A DNA stretch of 61,742 bases, filler included, from Hausera hauseri (GCA_046269625.1; 10 parts of 10 records of this genome joined end to end with filler, not necessarily neighbours in it); one strand, 5' to 3'; shown: positions 24,915-39,470, numbered from the whole stretch's first letter. Numbers and translations are program-made. The notes: a model not told the origin generated them from the sequence alone.

Positions 24915-25434
24915 TTATTTAGTAACAATATAACTTTGACATAACCCTAAACACTTTTTATAAGCACAATGTGAACCATGTTCGCGATAAATACATGTAA
25001 TCTTCTTTGGAATAGTTACCAATTTGTTACATTCATATGCACATATTCGCAATTCTGGAAATATGCTATTAAGTGTCTTCTTCTTTCGCCCATCAGCATG
25101 ATCTTTGACATAGAACATAATTCTTTTATATCACACATATTCTCAATATCTCGCATAATCAATCTCTGCAAAACTGGGTATTATATTCTTCCCAAGTCAG
25201 TTTGTGATAATGGTTTGTCAAATAAGCATTTGTTGCTTGAGCCTTGTTTGTGCAACAATGTAGTGTAGGCCTAAAAATAGCATAAATCACATGTACTATA
25301 CTAAAATTCACTTACGCAAATACATAATGTAGTGGCTGAAACATATTATCCACTGGCATTATACATAGCTCCTTTATGATGTATTCATTATTATTATCCA
25401 CAAATCCCTCAAAGTCAATAAATAAGACAGACAT
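24915..25434 (-). pseudogene. Polinton-associated DnaQ/DEDD-like small protein with a 45-nt intron (25271-25315); largely missed by the ORF track
   Basis: MSVLFIDFEGFVDNNNEYIIKELCI..HYVFA|PT..TNAYLTNHYHKLTW..FYVK..C..H..HCA. A GTAAGT...TTTTTAG intron removes an in-frame TAA; frameshifts lie near 25120-25160. Confidence 0.6.
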
Positions 25435-27499
25435 TATTTCAACAAAACATTTATTAACACAACAACGTTTATAACAATTTTATGTACATTGGCGTNNNNN
25501 NNNNNNNNNNNNNNNNNNNNNNNNNNNNNNNNNNNNNNNTTAATTAATTAANNNNNNNNNNNNNNNNNNNNNNNNNNNNNNNNNNNNNNNNNNNNCTATG
25601 GCACAGTTTTTATGGCAATTTGTTTTAAAAGTCGAAAATTTTCTAAATTCTAAAGGATTTCCAAACGAACCCAAAATCATACACTAGAAGCATCCAAAAA
25701 TGGACTGTTCTTCGATACTTATTCAACTTTCCTCAATTTAAAAACAAAACGTGACCAATTGTTACCGTCACCTTTGACCAATTTTCAATTAATATTCAAT
25801 TTATAGTGTGTTGTTGATGTTCTATCGAACTGACGTTCTCGTGTTGACCTGTTTGTGTATCGTAGTCATATAAAGCCAAAATCGAATATTAATTGGAAAA
25901 AGTAACGAAGGGTTTATCAAAACTCAGAATCTGTTTGCATATTAGAAGTCATTTGAACAAGTGCTAAAATATATTGTCAAAATCATACATTTGAAAGCTG
26001 ACGTATCACAGTGAGGTCCCTTTTCTAATTAATATACGTAGAATATGTTCGTTAATAACAATGTTTAATTAATTTGTAATTTGTAATTAATACAATTTCT
26101 ATGGATTTTTGTTTACTACTATTGTTCTTGACAAAATTTTATGAACCTCTGTCTAAGTCAAAGAATTATACATGTCGCATAAAAATGAGCTTTCTGCGTG
26201 ATACAGATTTTTATAAAATTTAGTATAGTTACCCGACATTTTACGTTGAACACAAATNNNNNNNNNNCCACTGAAAAGCGTATAAGTTTCGGATAACACT
26301 GAACATTTGTAATACTGAGTTAGTTTAATGTTTAAGAAATCGATCGATTTGTTTGGAATTGTTTTCAGTTCCTATTTGATAAACGTTTAGTACAATTATT
26401 TGCAAAACTGATGAATTGGACACGAAAATTCCAAGGAATGAATAGAATCATATGAATTGGTAAAACAAAATAAATTGATGTGTAAAAATATATTTAGAAA
26501 AAATCATGCTCCTTTAAAAAGTACTACAAAGTAAAAATAATTTCTTAATGAACGATTTCATGTTTGTTGCTACACTTGACTAAAAGTGCAGGCCGCTCAA
26601 TTAACAAATATTGAGTCATGATGGCATATGTACGAATTGGAAAAGATAAAGATACGTGAAAACGCACTTATTCTAATTTACCATTAATACATAGATGTAC
26701 ATTGTTTCACGAGATTGCATCTTTAGTTAAGTTTGATTTGTGCCCAGATTCATTTCAGTAAATACTCTTATTTACTTTAATTTTAATCCGCAGGACTATG
26801 TGACTCACGAGAGAAGATCAAATAAGAGTATATCGATTTCTCGTAAAATAATATTTTATTGTTGAGAGCAACGTTGTGACTGAATTCATTTTGTAAAAAA
26901 ATCAATTTGTATAATTACTGTTCTTATCTAATTCGAAAACCTTTTCAAATTATGTATCATGAGAAGAAAACAAAGCAAGATGTTGTTTAGTGTTATTAGT
27001 CGTTGTTTCATTTAATTAACACGTCTCGACTCACATCCATCAAGTCTTGAATAAATCTGACTTTACTTTCGTTAAGTTCATGCGTACAGTCGATGTTCCA
27101 TTGCATTGTTATTGTAATTGCACAGCTGTCACAATTAATCCTGTATCACATTGTTTAGCAGTAGTAATTAAGTAATGAGATGTATACATATATGTGAATG
27201 AAAATAAATAGAGAACAGAAAAAATAAATGATGATGTTGTATAATCGTTTTGCTTATTTCGTGAATTTTTTTTTTATGTTGCTGCAATAAAGTATCTGTG
27301 ATGTACGGTAGAAGGAAGAGAAGGGTTATTAAGCGGGCCTTCGCATCAAATTAATATAATGAAGAGGCATTTTGACAAGTTAGAAATGAAACGGCAATTG
27401 TTAATTCAAACAAAACCGATGAGGTGATGATACCATTTATTACATCAAATGTACAATTCTATTGTTGCATGCTCACAAACGGCACCATTCACCCATCCA

Positions 27500-30206
27500 C
27501 TAAGACCACATTGTTCTGCATGGCGCATGCGTATCCTGGAAGCGGAAATCCTGATCACGGGACCCATACGTGTCCTCGCCTTGTGGTGTATACACACTGA
27601 CTCCTTGTCGATACTGTGTCTGATATTTGTTGCGATCTAATGTCTGTTGAGAAAATGGCGCATTGTCTGCCCTATTTAACTGTAAGAATGTGCCCTTGTC
27701 ACCACCATTGTACGTTGAGTACGCTGTTTTATACATCGGTGTTACATTATCAACTGGCTCATTCTTTGGTGTGTTGTCCTGGTTGATGAGCATCTCCAGC
27801 AGTTTCTTAGCTACATCTTCTTTTTTATCCTTTTTCACCGGCGAATGTTCTCGTGGATCTGGAGAACCCAAAACATCGCTCGTTCGTTTCATTGAACCAA
27901 TAGATCTAGTCAGTTCAACATCGGTCAGTCCGAGGGGATTCTCAATTGGGTCGTATGGTCGATCCAACAGTGATTCGGTCCGTGTCAATGACATCTTGTT
28001 GCCGTTGGTAACCACATCGGGACTGACATGGCGATCACCAATGAAATCGATTGGATCAAATTTGAGTGGGTTTGTGGGGATGCCGCAGATCTGACGTAGT
28101 TTCATCTTCTGTACGGCATTCTGACTCTGCACAGTCTGTAGTAACACTGTCAATGGCATGACAGATTCCTCTCCACCTCCTTCTTGTCCATCACACAAGG
28201 CGACAATATTCGCCCCAATGGCTGATTCAATAGACTCGTCTACACAATGAATCATGACCAATAATAATCGCGGTCAATGGACAAACCTATATGCCGATTA
28301 GCAATGTTATAATCGAGAGATTTCTTCGTAACGAGAAATACATAAAGGTAATTAACATCGAGTGTTTTGATTGAGGGAATACCGAAATTCTATGACAAAC
28401 TCCAGTCGGGAAATGCAAACAACAGGGAATCTGATGTGTCGTTAATTCGAATGCGGCCAACGGTTTTCGTTTCATAGAAATGTTCGATGAGTCTGGCCAT
28501 TTTGGCTCGATCTCGACTGGGGTCATTGACGACCATTCGTAAGTAGTTGACGAATAGAGATGGTTCATTAGTGCAATTAGTCGATGATGATAAATTCCCT
28601 GTCAGTTTATTTTCAATACTGCGGTTAATTGTTACTTGTTTATTGAATGCATCTGGTAGATTGTATGTATCATCTATTGTACTGCCACTGGCATCAGTGT
28701 TTATTGGTGGTACACTGTTATTGATGATTGTATTGTCTGCATTATCCTGCTGTTGTTGATGGATCTTCAAGAATCCTTGTTCAAATGCTGACCATTCCAT
28801 CAGTTCACAGACAGTCCATACAGGAGATACACTAATATCAAATGATAAACACATATCGAATGTCTATAAATAAACAAACATCGCGTCATAAGGAAACCAA
28901 TTTGTCTGATAACTAATCAACGTAACAGGAATATCCAATGGATACACATCAGTTGTCGAATTCAACTGTAATTTCAACTGCAGCTGAGTACAAAATACTG
29001 GCGTACAATCGGCATACAACTGACGTATTCTATTCGGTATAGTGCACGTCAATCTCGTCACGGATTTCGATTTCTTCTCTGCAGATTTCTGATGTTCCCT
29101 CGTTGTCGTTGCCTACAACAAACAAACAATCAAATCTATGACAAATGCAATTTATTACGTCAGTCCCATGAGATGGCAAGGGCACCGAAATCAATTTAAA
29201 TAACGGTGGACCAGGCCAAGAAAACTCAACGGCGGCAAACGGGATAACATGGGAAGGTTCGTCGAGTAAATCTAAATCATCGGAATATTCGTACAAATAA
29301 AGTTGGGTGGAATGAAATGCTCGAGCCATCGACAGAAATGTTTCATGAGTTGCCGATTTCGACAAGTGACAATCGTAATTCGGCTGCGGTTCCATCGGAT
29401 TGGCGTCTTCCACCACGAAATGCACTCGTCCTTTTATGTATTTGACAACGAGTAAGTAACCTTGACGTGGGAAATTCTTTCCGTCACCGCCCGGATGGTA
29501 AATATCGGCAAATTGGCTGACACTGACGCCTAGTTCAATATTCAAAATTATGATGTGTGGCCATCTCGAATAAAATAATCAACCCATTTCCGGTCGACCG
29601 ACATACGATTCTTTGACATTGCCCACTTTCAATTTACCGGCAGCAACAACCTGCTGTAAATCGTAGATTGTTTTCAAATTAATAAATCCAAAACAATCGG
29701 TAGCGGCCTGTGGGGAATATTCCTTTTTTAATATCTGTTTCTTCCCACTGAACATTGCCTCGACTTCCGGATTGTTGATCATAAATGCTGATGTGAATTT
29801 AAATACGTTCACTGAATTTGGATTTTTTAAATTGGCACGGATTTTAGGTAAAACATTATCACGGAATTCTCCAGATTGAATGGATATTTTGTCGAGGGAA
29901 CCTTTTCAATTTGTAATATTACATAGAGACATGCCACTATACAGTAAGACTTACATTTGTTTTTGAAATTCCGCTTTGGCACTTTGTACGACTGCAGATT
30001 TCGGTTTTCCTCGTCAATATCCATTTTGTTTTTATTTCCCGATATTCAAAACAAACCCGAGAAAGTAATCCATACAATTTTATAAAATATTCAAATATCC
30101 AAATGAGATCGGGAACTTCTTTGTTACAACAACATTCGAGAAGCATATTTAAATCCTTTCTAAAGACATCAAAACTCACAATTAGATGTATCTTGTTTAT
30201 TTTCAA
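27500..30206 (-). pseudogene. Decayed long intronless ORF of unknown function (~900 codons in tiled fragments)
   Basis: Seven same-strand ORF fragments tile with almost no gaps; higher GC than the AT-rich flanks. Confidence 0.5.
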
Positions 30207-32106
30207 CAGATTTCTGAATAATATTAAAATTCGGATGTTTCGTATTTTCTAGTATATTCTGACACCAATCTATTTCTTGGAATTTCAATGTTAAAATCCG
30301 AATAACATCCATCAATTGCAAACAAAAATTATCTCCAAACAAGAGTTATGAGATTGAAAATAAAATTCCAATGTGGAAAAAAGCAAAATTCATATTGAAA
30401 TCGCTGAAGAAAAAATGTATTTTTTTGGTAAATTTAAACAACACAAATTTAGACANNNNNNNNNNNNNNNNNNNNNNNNNNNNNNNNNNNNNNNNNNNNT
30501 TAATTAATTAANNNNNNNNNNNNNNNNNNNNNNNNNNNNNNNNNNNNNNNNNNNNAGTGACTTAATTACTGGTACACGATTCTGTGAATTGTGGTCAGGT
30601 AAAGATTTAATGTTATAGGTACCTGACCTTTCGGGGTACTGTGCACAGCATGCGACAACCCTATTTTTTCAACATTGTTTTAGTAACAGATAAACCTGAT
30701 TCCGGGTTTGATTACGATACTAAAAAATTTATCTTCTGGACAAAACATAGTGAAAATATTCAGTCAAATTAAAAAAAGTAATATTTAAAAATTTAATTGA
30801 TACCAAGTGACAAATATGATATTTCCAACATGAACAATTTCGTACAGCGATAACGCAATGTTGTAAAATCAAACTAATGTAAATCCAAGCAGCATAAAAT
30901 GTTCAGAAATGAGTAAATGAAAATGTTGGATACCAAAATGTATGTGAATCTGAGATTTTGTTCAGTTATGGAGTATATAGTTAATTTCTTTTTCTTGGAT
31001 TTGTAGGAATTGGTGTGCCAATTGGAGCAAATCAAAAATTGCGAAATGTTCGAAGATTTTGCCCGACTTCGGAGTATGTAGTTGATTTTGTCTTTACCGA
31101 AAATTTTAATGAAGGATGAATGCGGATCGGGGTTCTGGCACAAATGAGCAATGTCGAAATTCATAACTTTTTTGGCCGAAAAGAAATTTACAAACTCGTA
31201 GGAAATTAAGAGCAGAAGAAAATTTTGCAACAAGAAAACCACGTAAAGTAACCAATTGATTAAGTCGGTTTAAATTTCGAAAACCAAACAAACAGTTACC
31301 AAACGTGATTTGGAGTTGGAAAATTACGATTAAATGGACTGAAAATCGTATTGTTGATCTCTGTACTGAACTCGACGAAATTGTTGCCAAAGTGTGAAGG
31401 ATTAATTGAATTAGTGACGATGACACAATGTCTGGAAATCGATCCAAAAAGGTTGTTTTAATGGTAGCAATATTGTAGTAGTTCATTCAAACATTGGTGC
31501 TGGAATTTCTGGATGACCTTGAAAATTGTTCTTGTATAATTTTGATAATTCTGCAATATTAATATCTGATCAAGATAATTGGTGTTTGCTGTGCAAGGCG
31601 GAACCAAATGGACAATGATATCTCTAGCTGATCTGAAAACTTTAAACTACGGAATTCTTTGGTTTTTTAGTCTGGCATGTCAGCCGATAAATGTTCACAC
31701 CGACTAAAATATGGTGAGGTTGTTAAATGACATTTTAATGTAGTTGAAACTGCTGTCGATAATTTTAACGCCAGCGAGCGTGAGCCGAAGGACGAAGGCA
31801 AAACCCACAAATGGAACCGGCTTGAATGCCGTCTAGCTGTAGCCATTTTTGTGAAGACGCGAGTTGTGTCTGCGACCGCGGCATTATAATGTAACTGTTA
31901 ATTAGATGAATACACTGTACTTTAACATGACTTAAGCGACGAACTGGAAATTCTACCTTAGTAAAAGATTGGTTGAAAAGAAACGAAAATTTTATGAATT
32001 TTGAAAATTCCTCTTCATTTAATGGGGGAAATTAAAGAAGTGCAAAATTACGTAACATTTAGACACTCATGTTGCATAACCTTAGATTTGTATGAAAATA
32101 CGGTTT

Positions 32107-32597
32107 TTAATGACGTTGATGAATTTTAAGAAAAACAAATAAATAACCATTGTTCAATGAACTGGTAAAGCCAATAATCGTCAGGAAGAGGACAGCAAAA
32201 ACCCCAATATTTGGTGACCATGGCATACAAATTCCTGCAATTGCGGACAACAGTAGTTCACCAAACATCAGATAATGGACAGTAAATGGAAACGAATCGT
32301 ACAAGTAACTGGCAAAAAGCAATGAAGTTATTGTTGAAACGAGTTGACTCGACATGATCTTGCCCACAGTTTCGTATGACGATTTCATTTTATCTCGTAA
32401 ATTCGGCAGTGTTGGTACCCAAATTTCAATAAGTAGACCCTAAATGAGACATGTCGAATACACGCAGAATGTACCGAAACATTACCATTGCCACACCATT
32501 GCAGACGAGAACAGCAAGTAATCCATACTTGTACAATATGTCGTACTTGCAAATCGATTCTCGTAACTGGCGAAATTTCAATTTCATTTTGGATCAA
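32107..32597 (-). pseudogene. Fragment of an MFS-type membrane transporter gene (first exon, frameshifted)
   Basis: Successive hydrophobic helices: ..ASYLYDSF..LLLSAIAGICMPWSPNIGVFAVLFLTIIGFTSSLNNG|gt. Confidence 0.5.
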
Positions 32598-32756
32598 TAT
32601 AATGAATTTTGTTCGAATAATTTATTCAATACTTAACTGACAACTTGATTTACATCGATTAATATTATCGATGAATGATGTAAACATAATGCAAAAATAA
32701 ACAATTGAAACTAAATGCCTGTAGAACAAATAACAAGTACTTATAAAATCATGTAT

Positions 32757-35555
32757 TAGGGTGGTCCAAAAAACTAAACTTTCAGCTACAAACCATCCCA
32801 TACCCTATTTTTTTCTTTTTGCTAAAAAGTACTGGTGCAAAATTTTAGCCCGTGAGTCAACCAGAAGATGATGCTCAATTGACCTCTTTGTATACCATTG
32901 TTAAGACTATAACTAAAACCAGTTTTATTCCCACGTTTTGATTGCTGCACTTTTAAGCTGACTGTTATTTTTCAATTAAAAAAATTCAGTATTATTGTAA
33001 CATGTGCTTGTATTCCAGAAGGTCAAGGACATTTAAATTCAGCTGATAGCTTTTTACTGTAATAAATTATAATAATTTAAATTATTCAAATTCATCGCTT
33101 AGATAATGCAGAAAATTGTAGAAATTAACGCAAAAGTTCTCCCAAATCTCACATATATGTAACTCTATAGTTTGCAACTACATTAGGATATTTAAACTTA
33201 AATATTAATTAGGCTGTAACAGTTGGCCTAATGATGATTAATCTTATTTAACTGTTCCGGTAGCCACAGTCCATAGATCAGATCAAGTATAATACAGTAA
33301 TTTCTGTTCTTGAAATAAGTTGATTACGAAAGGATCATGTGATATGAAAACTAGAAAACTTTCACGTGTGATGGCATGTACTGAAAAAAAACAAAGGACA
33401 TTCTTCAGAGTCGCAAAAAACTGCAGAATGTGCATTCCAGAGAGAGATAACTTTACTGTTCTACACTGCGCACATAGATGCATTGCTCTCAATAAAAATT
33501 CAAGGATTTCTTTATTGATCAACGCGGTGAAAGGAAGATGTATATGTCAACAGTAGATAAAGATGTACAGAAAAATAAACAGAGATTACGTTAATGACAG
33601 TTAAAAGAGAAAGAGAGAATGTGCTGGGGTTTATCAGCAACACGGTCGGTTAGCCAACAAAAAGCAGAGGAAATGTTGGAAATTTTAAGCAATGACACAA
33701 GGGCAGATTCTAGCGATGAATATACACAGCAAAATTTTCCAGATTATCGCAAGATAAATGCCTCACAAATGAATAGAAACATATATTCACTGATCATGTT
33801 GTTAGTGCATTAGATCGAAATAAGATGTACGATCGTTATGCTGTTAGACTCATTGCTCCAGTTGCACTAGGCCATGATCCAACGGCTCTCGCAATATCTA
33901 GAGTTACGGAGAAAAGACATACCACTAGAGAATCAATTATCAAATTAGTCATGGAAAGTTTTTATCCAACGTATCCTCTGGTCGTAAACTGAGACAGCAA
34001 ATTATTGCCAGAAATAGTCGGGACTGGTGCGACTGACAAGCTTCCAGTGTTTGTATCGGGCAACTAAAAGCTGCTGGGAGTTCCAAAATTGACAGCTGGA
34101 ACTGGTGCGAATACTGCTAGTGCTGTGTACATTTTAATACAACAGTGGAATGTGTTTCAGAAGATTCAATGCATGGGTTTTGACACCATCACAGTGAACA
34201 CGGGCCAGACAAATGGTGCGTGTGTTCTATTAAAATCTAAAATGGAGAGAAAGATATTGCGACTAGTCTGCCGTCATCATGTTATAGAATTAATTTTGTC
34301 AAAGGTTTTCACGTCCTGTTTTGGACCATCAAACTAGCCAGAAATTCAGATGTTTAAACGTTTCACGACAACATGGAAAGAAATCGTGAAGCACGATTTT
34401 TCATTCCTGACTGTTACACCTACTGAAGCTGTGTTCTGTCAAAATACAACACAGTTTCTTCAATCAGCGTGCAGGAAGCATCAGTGCAGAGGTGATTACA
34501 TGGGATTGATAAAATTAACATTTATTGTTCTTGATTCTCCACTACACACCTTACACTGAAGATGTCTAGGAACTATGTATCGAGCATCCTTGATGGCAAA
34601 ACTGCTGTATTCTATGAAAATAAGTTCTCTTTAGAGAACATGCTGAAGTTTTAAGAGTTAATAAGGAAAAAGCAGCACAAATTGAACGGTTTATTCAATT
34701 TCTATCCTCCTCTACGCAAAGGTATGGATCCAAGCATCAGATGTAGATGATGCCGTAGTAAATGATCTGCAGTTTTGGTTGGATCTTGACAACGTTGCAG
34801 CTGTTGGTCCAGAAATTAACAGAGTTTCAAGTCTGCTATGCATAATCGTCTCTGGTATCTTTTCGATGAACTAGTTGGATTTGCATTATTCTCTGAGAGA
34901 GTTACGGCAGCTGAAAAGAGAGAAATAATTGACGGATTCTCTCGTCATAGAATGACACGCAATGTCACAGGAGATTCGAGGCTTTTTTCAGGATCGGATC
35001 TCCATTTGGGGGCTTTCTGAATCTATCAGATTAAAGCAGTATTTTAATTTCTGAATATCAACACAAAGTTCCTTGAGACAGATCCAGATACTTATAATAT
35101 TAGAAGAGATTATATAGGAGAACGGCGTCGTTCNNNNNNNNNNCTTGGAATCCGCATGGTGTAAATTACACAGCAGAGAGAGGTATAAAATTGTATCAAG
35201 ATTTTAACTTGGACCTGACCAAAGATGAACAAGGGAAGCAACTGATCATGCGAGTTGAAAAAGCAGAAAAATTGTACCAACTCAAACAACCAAGAAATCA
35301 CTTGTTACTGCATTACCAAACTAAATCATTGATGATGAATATTGCAAAGACTTTTGCTGTGTTACATATGTACATGCACTGAAAAGTTAGATTGTTTCGA
35401 ATACATCATTTTGTTAAGAACTACAGTCTCATTTGTAACATTGTTTTACTTGCATAATATAAAACTTTCAAAACATGAAAAACAAGAAAAATATGTTTTC
35501 TCGACCAAATAGACCTCTACAGGTACAACTTCGGGATCGTTGACCATTACCTTTT
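32757..35555 (+). mobile_element. hATm-type DNA transposon with a decayed transposase (~33650-35300)
   Basis: Left end TAGGGTGGTCC; motifs KLLP..DKLPV, KLLGVP..GTG, MGFDT.TVNTG..NGAC, CRHHVIEL, FKRF, RGDY, LWYL.DEL, AERGIKL.QDF. Confidence 0.8.
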
Positions 35556-35655
35556 NNNNNNNNNNNNNNNNNNNNNNNNNNNNNNNNNNNNNNNNNNNNT
35601 TAATTAATTAANNNNNNNNNNNNNNNNNNNNNNNNNNNNNNNNNNNNNNNNNNNN

Positions 35656-38501
35656 AGGCGTTGGAATATTGAGCGAAGATGTTCTTCATGCTGTTTTGCG
35701 GAAGATGAAACGACTAGAATATCGTCGATATAAGGGTGTGCAAACGAGAAATCGGAAAGAATGGAATTGATGTGTCGCTGAAAGCTTTGTGCGTCATTTC
35801 AAAAACCGAATGGCATAAATAGATATTCGTAGAGGCCAAATGGAGTAGTTACTGCGGTTTTTTCTATGTCTTCAGGTGCTACCGGTATTTGATAGTAGGC
35901 TTTAGCTAAATCAGTGGTCGAATAGATGGTGGCTGGATTAAGACGATGCAGGATATCCTTGATGAGTGGTAAAGGATACACATCCATGATAGTCAAGTTG
36001 TTAAGCTGTTGGTAATCACCGCATGGTCTAAAGATGCCGTCCTTTTTTGTACGACGTGTAACAGTGATGATCAAGGAGATTTGGAAGGGCGTACGATGCC
36101 GGAACGTTCTAGCTCGAGAAATTCGGCGTCTACGGCCTGTCTTCGGCTAGGTGACAGAGGCCGTACCTCTTGGCATATTGGACGTTGATGCTCTGTGACT
36201 ATGTGGTGTAAAATGCTGTTGGCAGGAGTAAAAGAACGATCTTTTTTAAGTACGCGTGGGCATGATTTGTTGATGAATTGCTGTAACGTTGTATGTATCT
36301 GTGAGAGATTCGGTAAAAGTAGTGGAACAGTTTGCGTGGTAGCGGATGCAATGTGTAAGTTGTTAGGGTATGTGCAGTCGAGTGGTATTTGGTGTAAGAT
36401 GGTTGAATTAAAAATGGTGTTGGATGAAGTTACTTCGCTGAATGGAACAATGTTGGTGACAGTACCACACTTATCGACATCAAATCTTGATAGTATATCA
36501 GTGTTATTGTTTAAAAATTTCCGAATTGAATTATTATTATGAAAATTCGAATTATTGTTATAAAAAATCGAATTATTCATAGACATTTTAAGGACTGACT
36601 TCCGCCTCACGGTCGACCGCGCGGTAGTCGAAACGCTATTTACATGTTCAGAAACGTCGCTAACTGTGCCTTTCCTCAAACATCGTTGGCTGCAGTCAAC
36701 CAGTAGGTTGTAGTGCAAAAAAAAGTCAGATCCAAGGATTGCCGACTGGACGTTAGCAACTGTGAACGTCCAGCGGAAAGGGGCAGAGAAAGCAGGCAAG
36801 GTGAAAGATAATGTAGCCGTGCCCGAGAAGTGCAGCGGCTGGCCTGAAGCAGTATATAAAGGCTTAAGTTTGAATGGAGAGCTTTATGTAGGAAAGGTTT
36901 GCGGTAATAGAGAAATTGCGGCCCCTGTATCAATAAGGAAGTCAAGAGATTGAGTTGTAGGAGCAGTGATTGCAGCCTTTAGCGTGAAGACTGCGAAAGA
37001 GATGTGTCGGTGGTCAGAATGTGAAAATTTGTCTTCGCCAGAGTTTGCCGTGACTTCTGGTGGCGAACTTAGTTTTTTGGAAAAGGTGAATAAGGGCGAA
37101 TGTTAGAAGGAAAGGCAGTACGTCCTTCATTCGTATTGGATTTGAATGTGCAACCTGGAAGACATTTACGGGCCTGAGCTTTGAACCTTGCATGATAAAT
37201 GCAGATAACGGTGTCCGAGGAAAATTTTTTATTATAAAATTTGCATCCTAGGCAGAATCTCTAAGCATTAGTGTTAAATCTGCTGTGGTGGTAGCAGATC
37301 GACGAACGCGCGGGCGATGGTGAGCGGTTTCGTGAAGTAGAACGGGTACGGTCAGCGGAAAAACCCCCTAGTCGGGACAGAGACATTTCGTTCAGTTTGT
37401 TACTGGTGTTGTTGATAGTTGCCTGCAATGCAATATTTTCAGCACGTAGATGATTTAGTTGCTGTTCTATGGGCGTGTTAGTTGTTTGTATGTCGTTAGC
37501 AGCAACTGCTGCCGATACTACGGGTTGCGCATTTATGTGTAGGACATCGTATGTCCTATCGGCCAATTCGGCCAATTTTTCAAGCTGCGTGGAGTCTCCC
37601 ACCACGGTAAGAAGGGCCCGGATTTGGATAGGTAGGGCATTCAGAAAATAATGGCGTAGAAGATCTGGGTTATGTTCCTTAGTTACTCCAAGAGTACGCA
37701 AGTGTGCTAATGAGGTGCGTAAGAAGTCACTAAGTTTTTGTGTGCCCAGTGCATTTTCGTTAAAGAAACGCTGCATTATGGAGTAAATGGAAGATTCGGT
37801 ATGTTTTAATACAGCGTCTAATAGTTGAGTGTAAGGGTCGGGTGCTGAAAAGTGTCTAGCAAGTTATGTATTGAGGCTTTTACGGAACTTGGGAGAAGAT
37901 AGAGTAGGCTGTGGGCTTTAGATAAAGAATCTATGATACCATTAGACTGTAATCACAGTTGATGAAAGTGAAGCCACGTTTTACTGGACTTTTCATTATC
38001 TATGAAGTATTCAGTGCAGTGTGGAGTATTGGTAGGATGTTTATGGAAATTTGCATTGATTGAAGAAAGTGGATGGTTTGGTTCGGAGTAGTAAAGAATG
38101 GGTATTGGCTTTTTTGTCGTTGTTGTATCCGTTGTCGATACTTGGTGGGGAATTTATTCCACCACGGATATAGAGATGCATGTTAAAGCAAACGTGATTT
38201 GAAAAGGGAGGTAAAGTCTCGTTCACGTGTATGATGGTACCTTGATGGCTAAGATAGAAGTCAAAAGAACCAAGGATAGAAGAGAGGTGAGCTTGAAAGG
38301 TGGGGATATGCGGGTGTGTAGTATGGAGGGTACATATGTGAATGTTGTTATAAAAGAGAGAATGGAGGTGGAAGAAGTGGTGGGCCTGAGAGCGTGATTT
38401 AGAGCCGACATCGAAGGTGCCCCCGACCGACCGGAGCACAGTTGGCGGTCGGAGCCGCCACCCCGGCACGAAATTGCAGAGTGCCCGAGTTTCCCGTGAC
38501 A
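35656..38501 (-). mobile_element. 5' part of a CsRn1-like Gypsy element: LTR region, gag, protease, RT
   Basis: Gag (37261-37860) with twin CHCC-type motifs CYHHSRF..A..C..C and CIYHARF..ARKCLPGC; protease LDFLIDTGAAIS..ILGSDF (36700-36950); RT FRPCGDYQQLN..YPLP..DLAKAYYQIP..MPFG. Confidence 0.92.
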
Positions 38502-38652
38502 TGTCGCAAAACCCTGGTTGCTTCTTGAAGCTATTTGCGAAATTCAAAATTTGCGGGTTCATAACTGCTCTTCTTTGCACAGTCCAACATTGTAATACTA
38601 TCGTATGATATATTAATGAAATCGTGAACGAAATCAATTTGATTTAGTTTTT

Positions 38653-39174
38653 TTACTTCCATGGATTTGGGATTAACTGTTTTTTGTAATAATTTAACCT
38701 TTTCCCCGATACAATCGATAAGCTAGAATCAATATCTTCTTCAGAATCATCGCTACGATAACCTTTTGACGTTATTCCGCGTTCACCGGGTACGACGAGT
38801 AGGATTTCGTTATCGACATGATCCACCAGCTGCTTCAGAAAACCATTCAATTCCTTCAACTTCATTTGCATCTGCGCGTGATGCCTAACGGACATATGGC
38901 CGCAGTGATTGGTATAGAGCATATGGTCGATCATTATTTCCGGTGCTACCTTCGTGCCGTATTTATCAACGAAAGAATTCAGAATAAATTGTTCAACGTG
39001 TCGCATTTGGCGTCTAAATTTCATGATTTTTATAATACCGTCCTGGGCACGAAACTTTCTCAGTTCAGTAATTGCATTTTCGTCTTGTTTATCGGCAGTG
39101 ATATATTTTGGATATACAAGTTCGTCCGAGTGAAGTCGAATAGCAACCATTTTGGTATTCGACGACGTAGCCAA
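38653..39174 (-). CDS. Hypothetical 173-aa protein
   Basis: Clean protein-like ORF, preceded by a TATA-like motif at ~39262-39268; no recognised domain. Confidence 0.45.
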   Translation of the reverse strand: MATSSNTKMVAIRLHSDELVYPKYITADKQDENAITELRKFRAQDGIIKIMKFRRQMRHVEQFILNSFVDKYGTKVAPEIMIDHMLYTNHCGHMSVRHHAQMQMKLKELNGFLKQLVDHVDNEILLVVPGERGITSKGYRSDDSEEDIDSSLSIVSGKRLNYYKKQLIPNPWK

Positions 39175-39470
39175 ATTGTCGAAAATAGAACCTGTACAAA
39201 CAATCGTTTGATTGAGCTGAATTATTTTCTATCGTCCATTTTGAGCATGAAATGGTAACTTTTATATGCACGTTTTACACAAATCGGTGAATAATTTTCT
39301 AAATGGTACAGTTTGACATCTCGCCGACTTTTCTCTTCCTCCTCCAAAATCTCAATAAAATTCTCAATTATTCAATTTGGAATAATCAACTGGAACATTG
39401 CCTTCCGTACCAGGGCAATCCCGCAAACAACCGGCGTCCAGAAGTAACTTCAGCACATTTCCGTATCCTC

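Larger units (their letters stand above)
18797..25495. mobile_element. Polinton/Maverick-like (adintovirus-like) element fragment
   Basis: Protein-primed PolB with flanking small genes and a repeat-rich non-coding left end. No capsid, ATPase or integrase gene is visible in the contig. Confidence 0.8.

Noticed and set aside
30874-31486. Minus-strand ORFs in C6
   Set aside because: AT-rich, no motifs; coding status cannot be supported.
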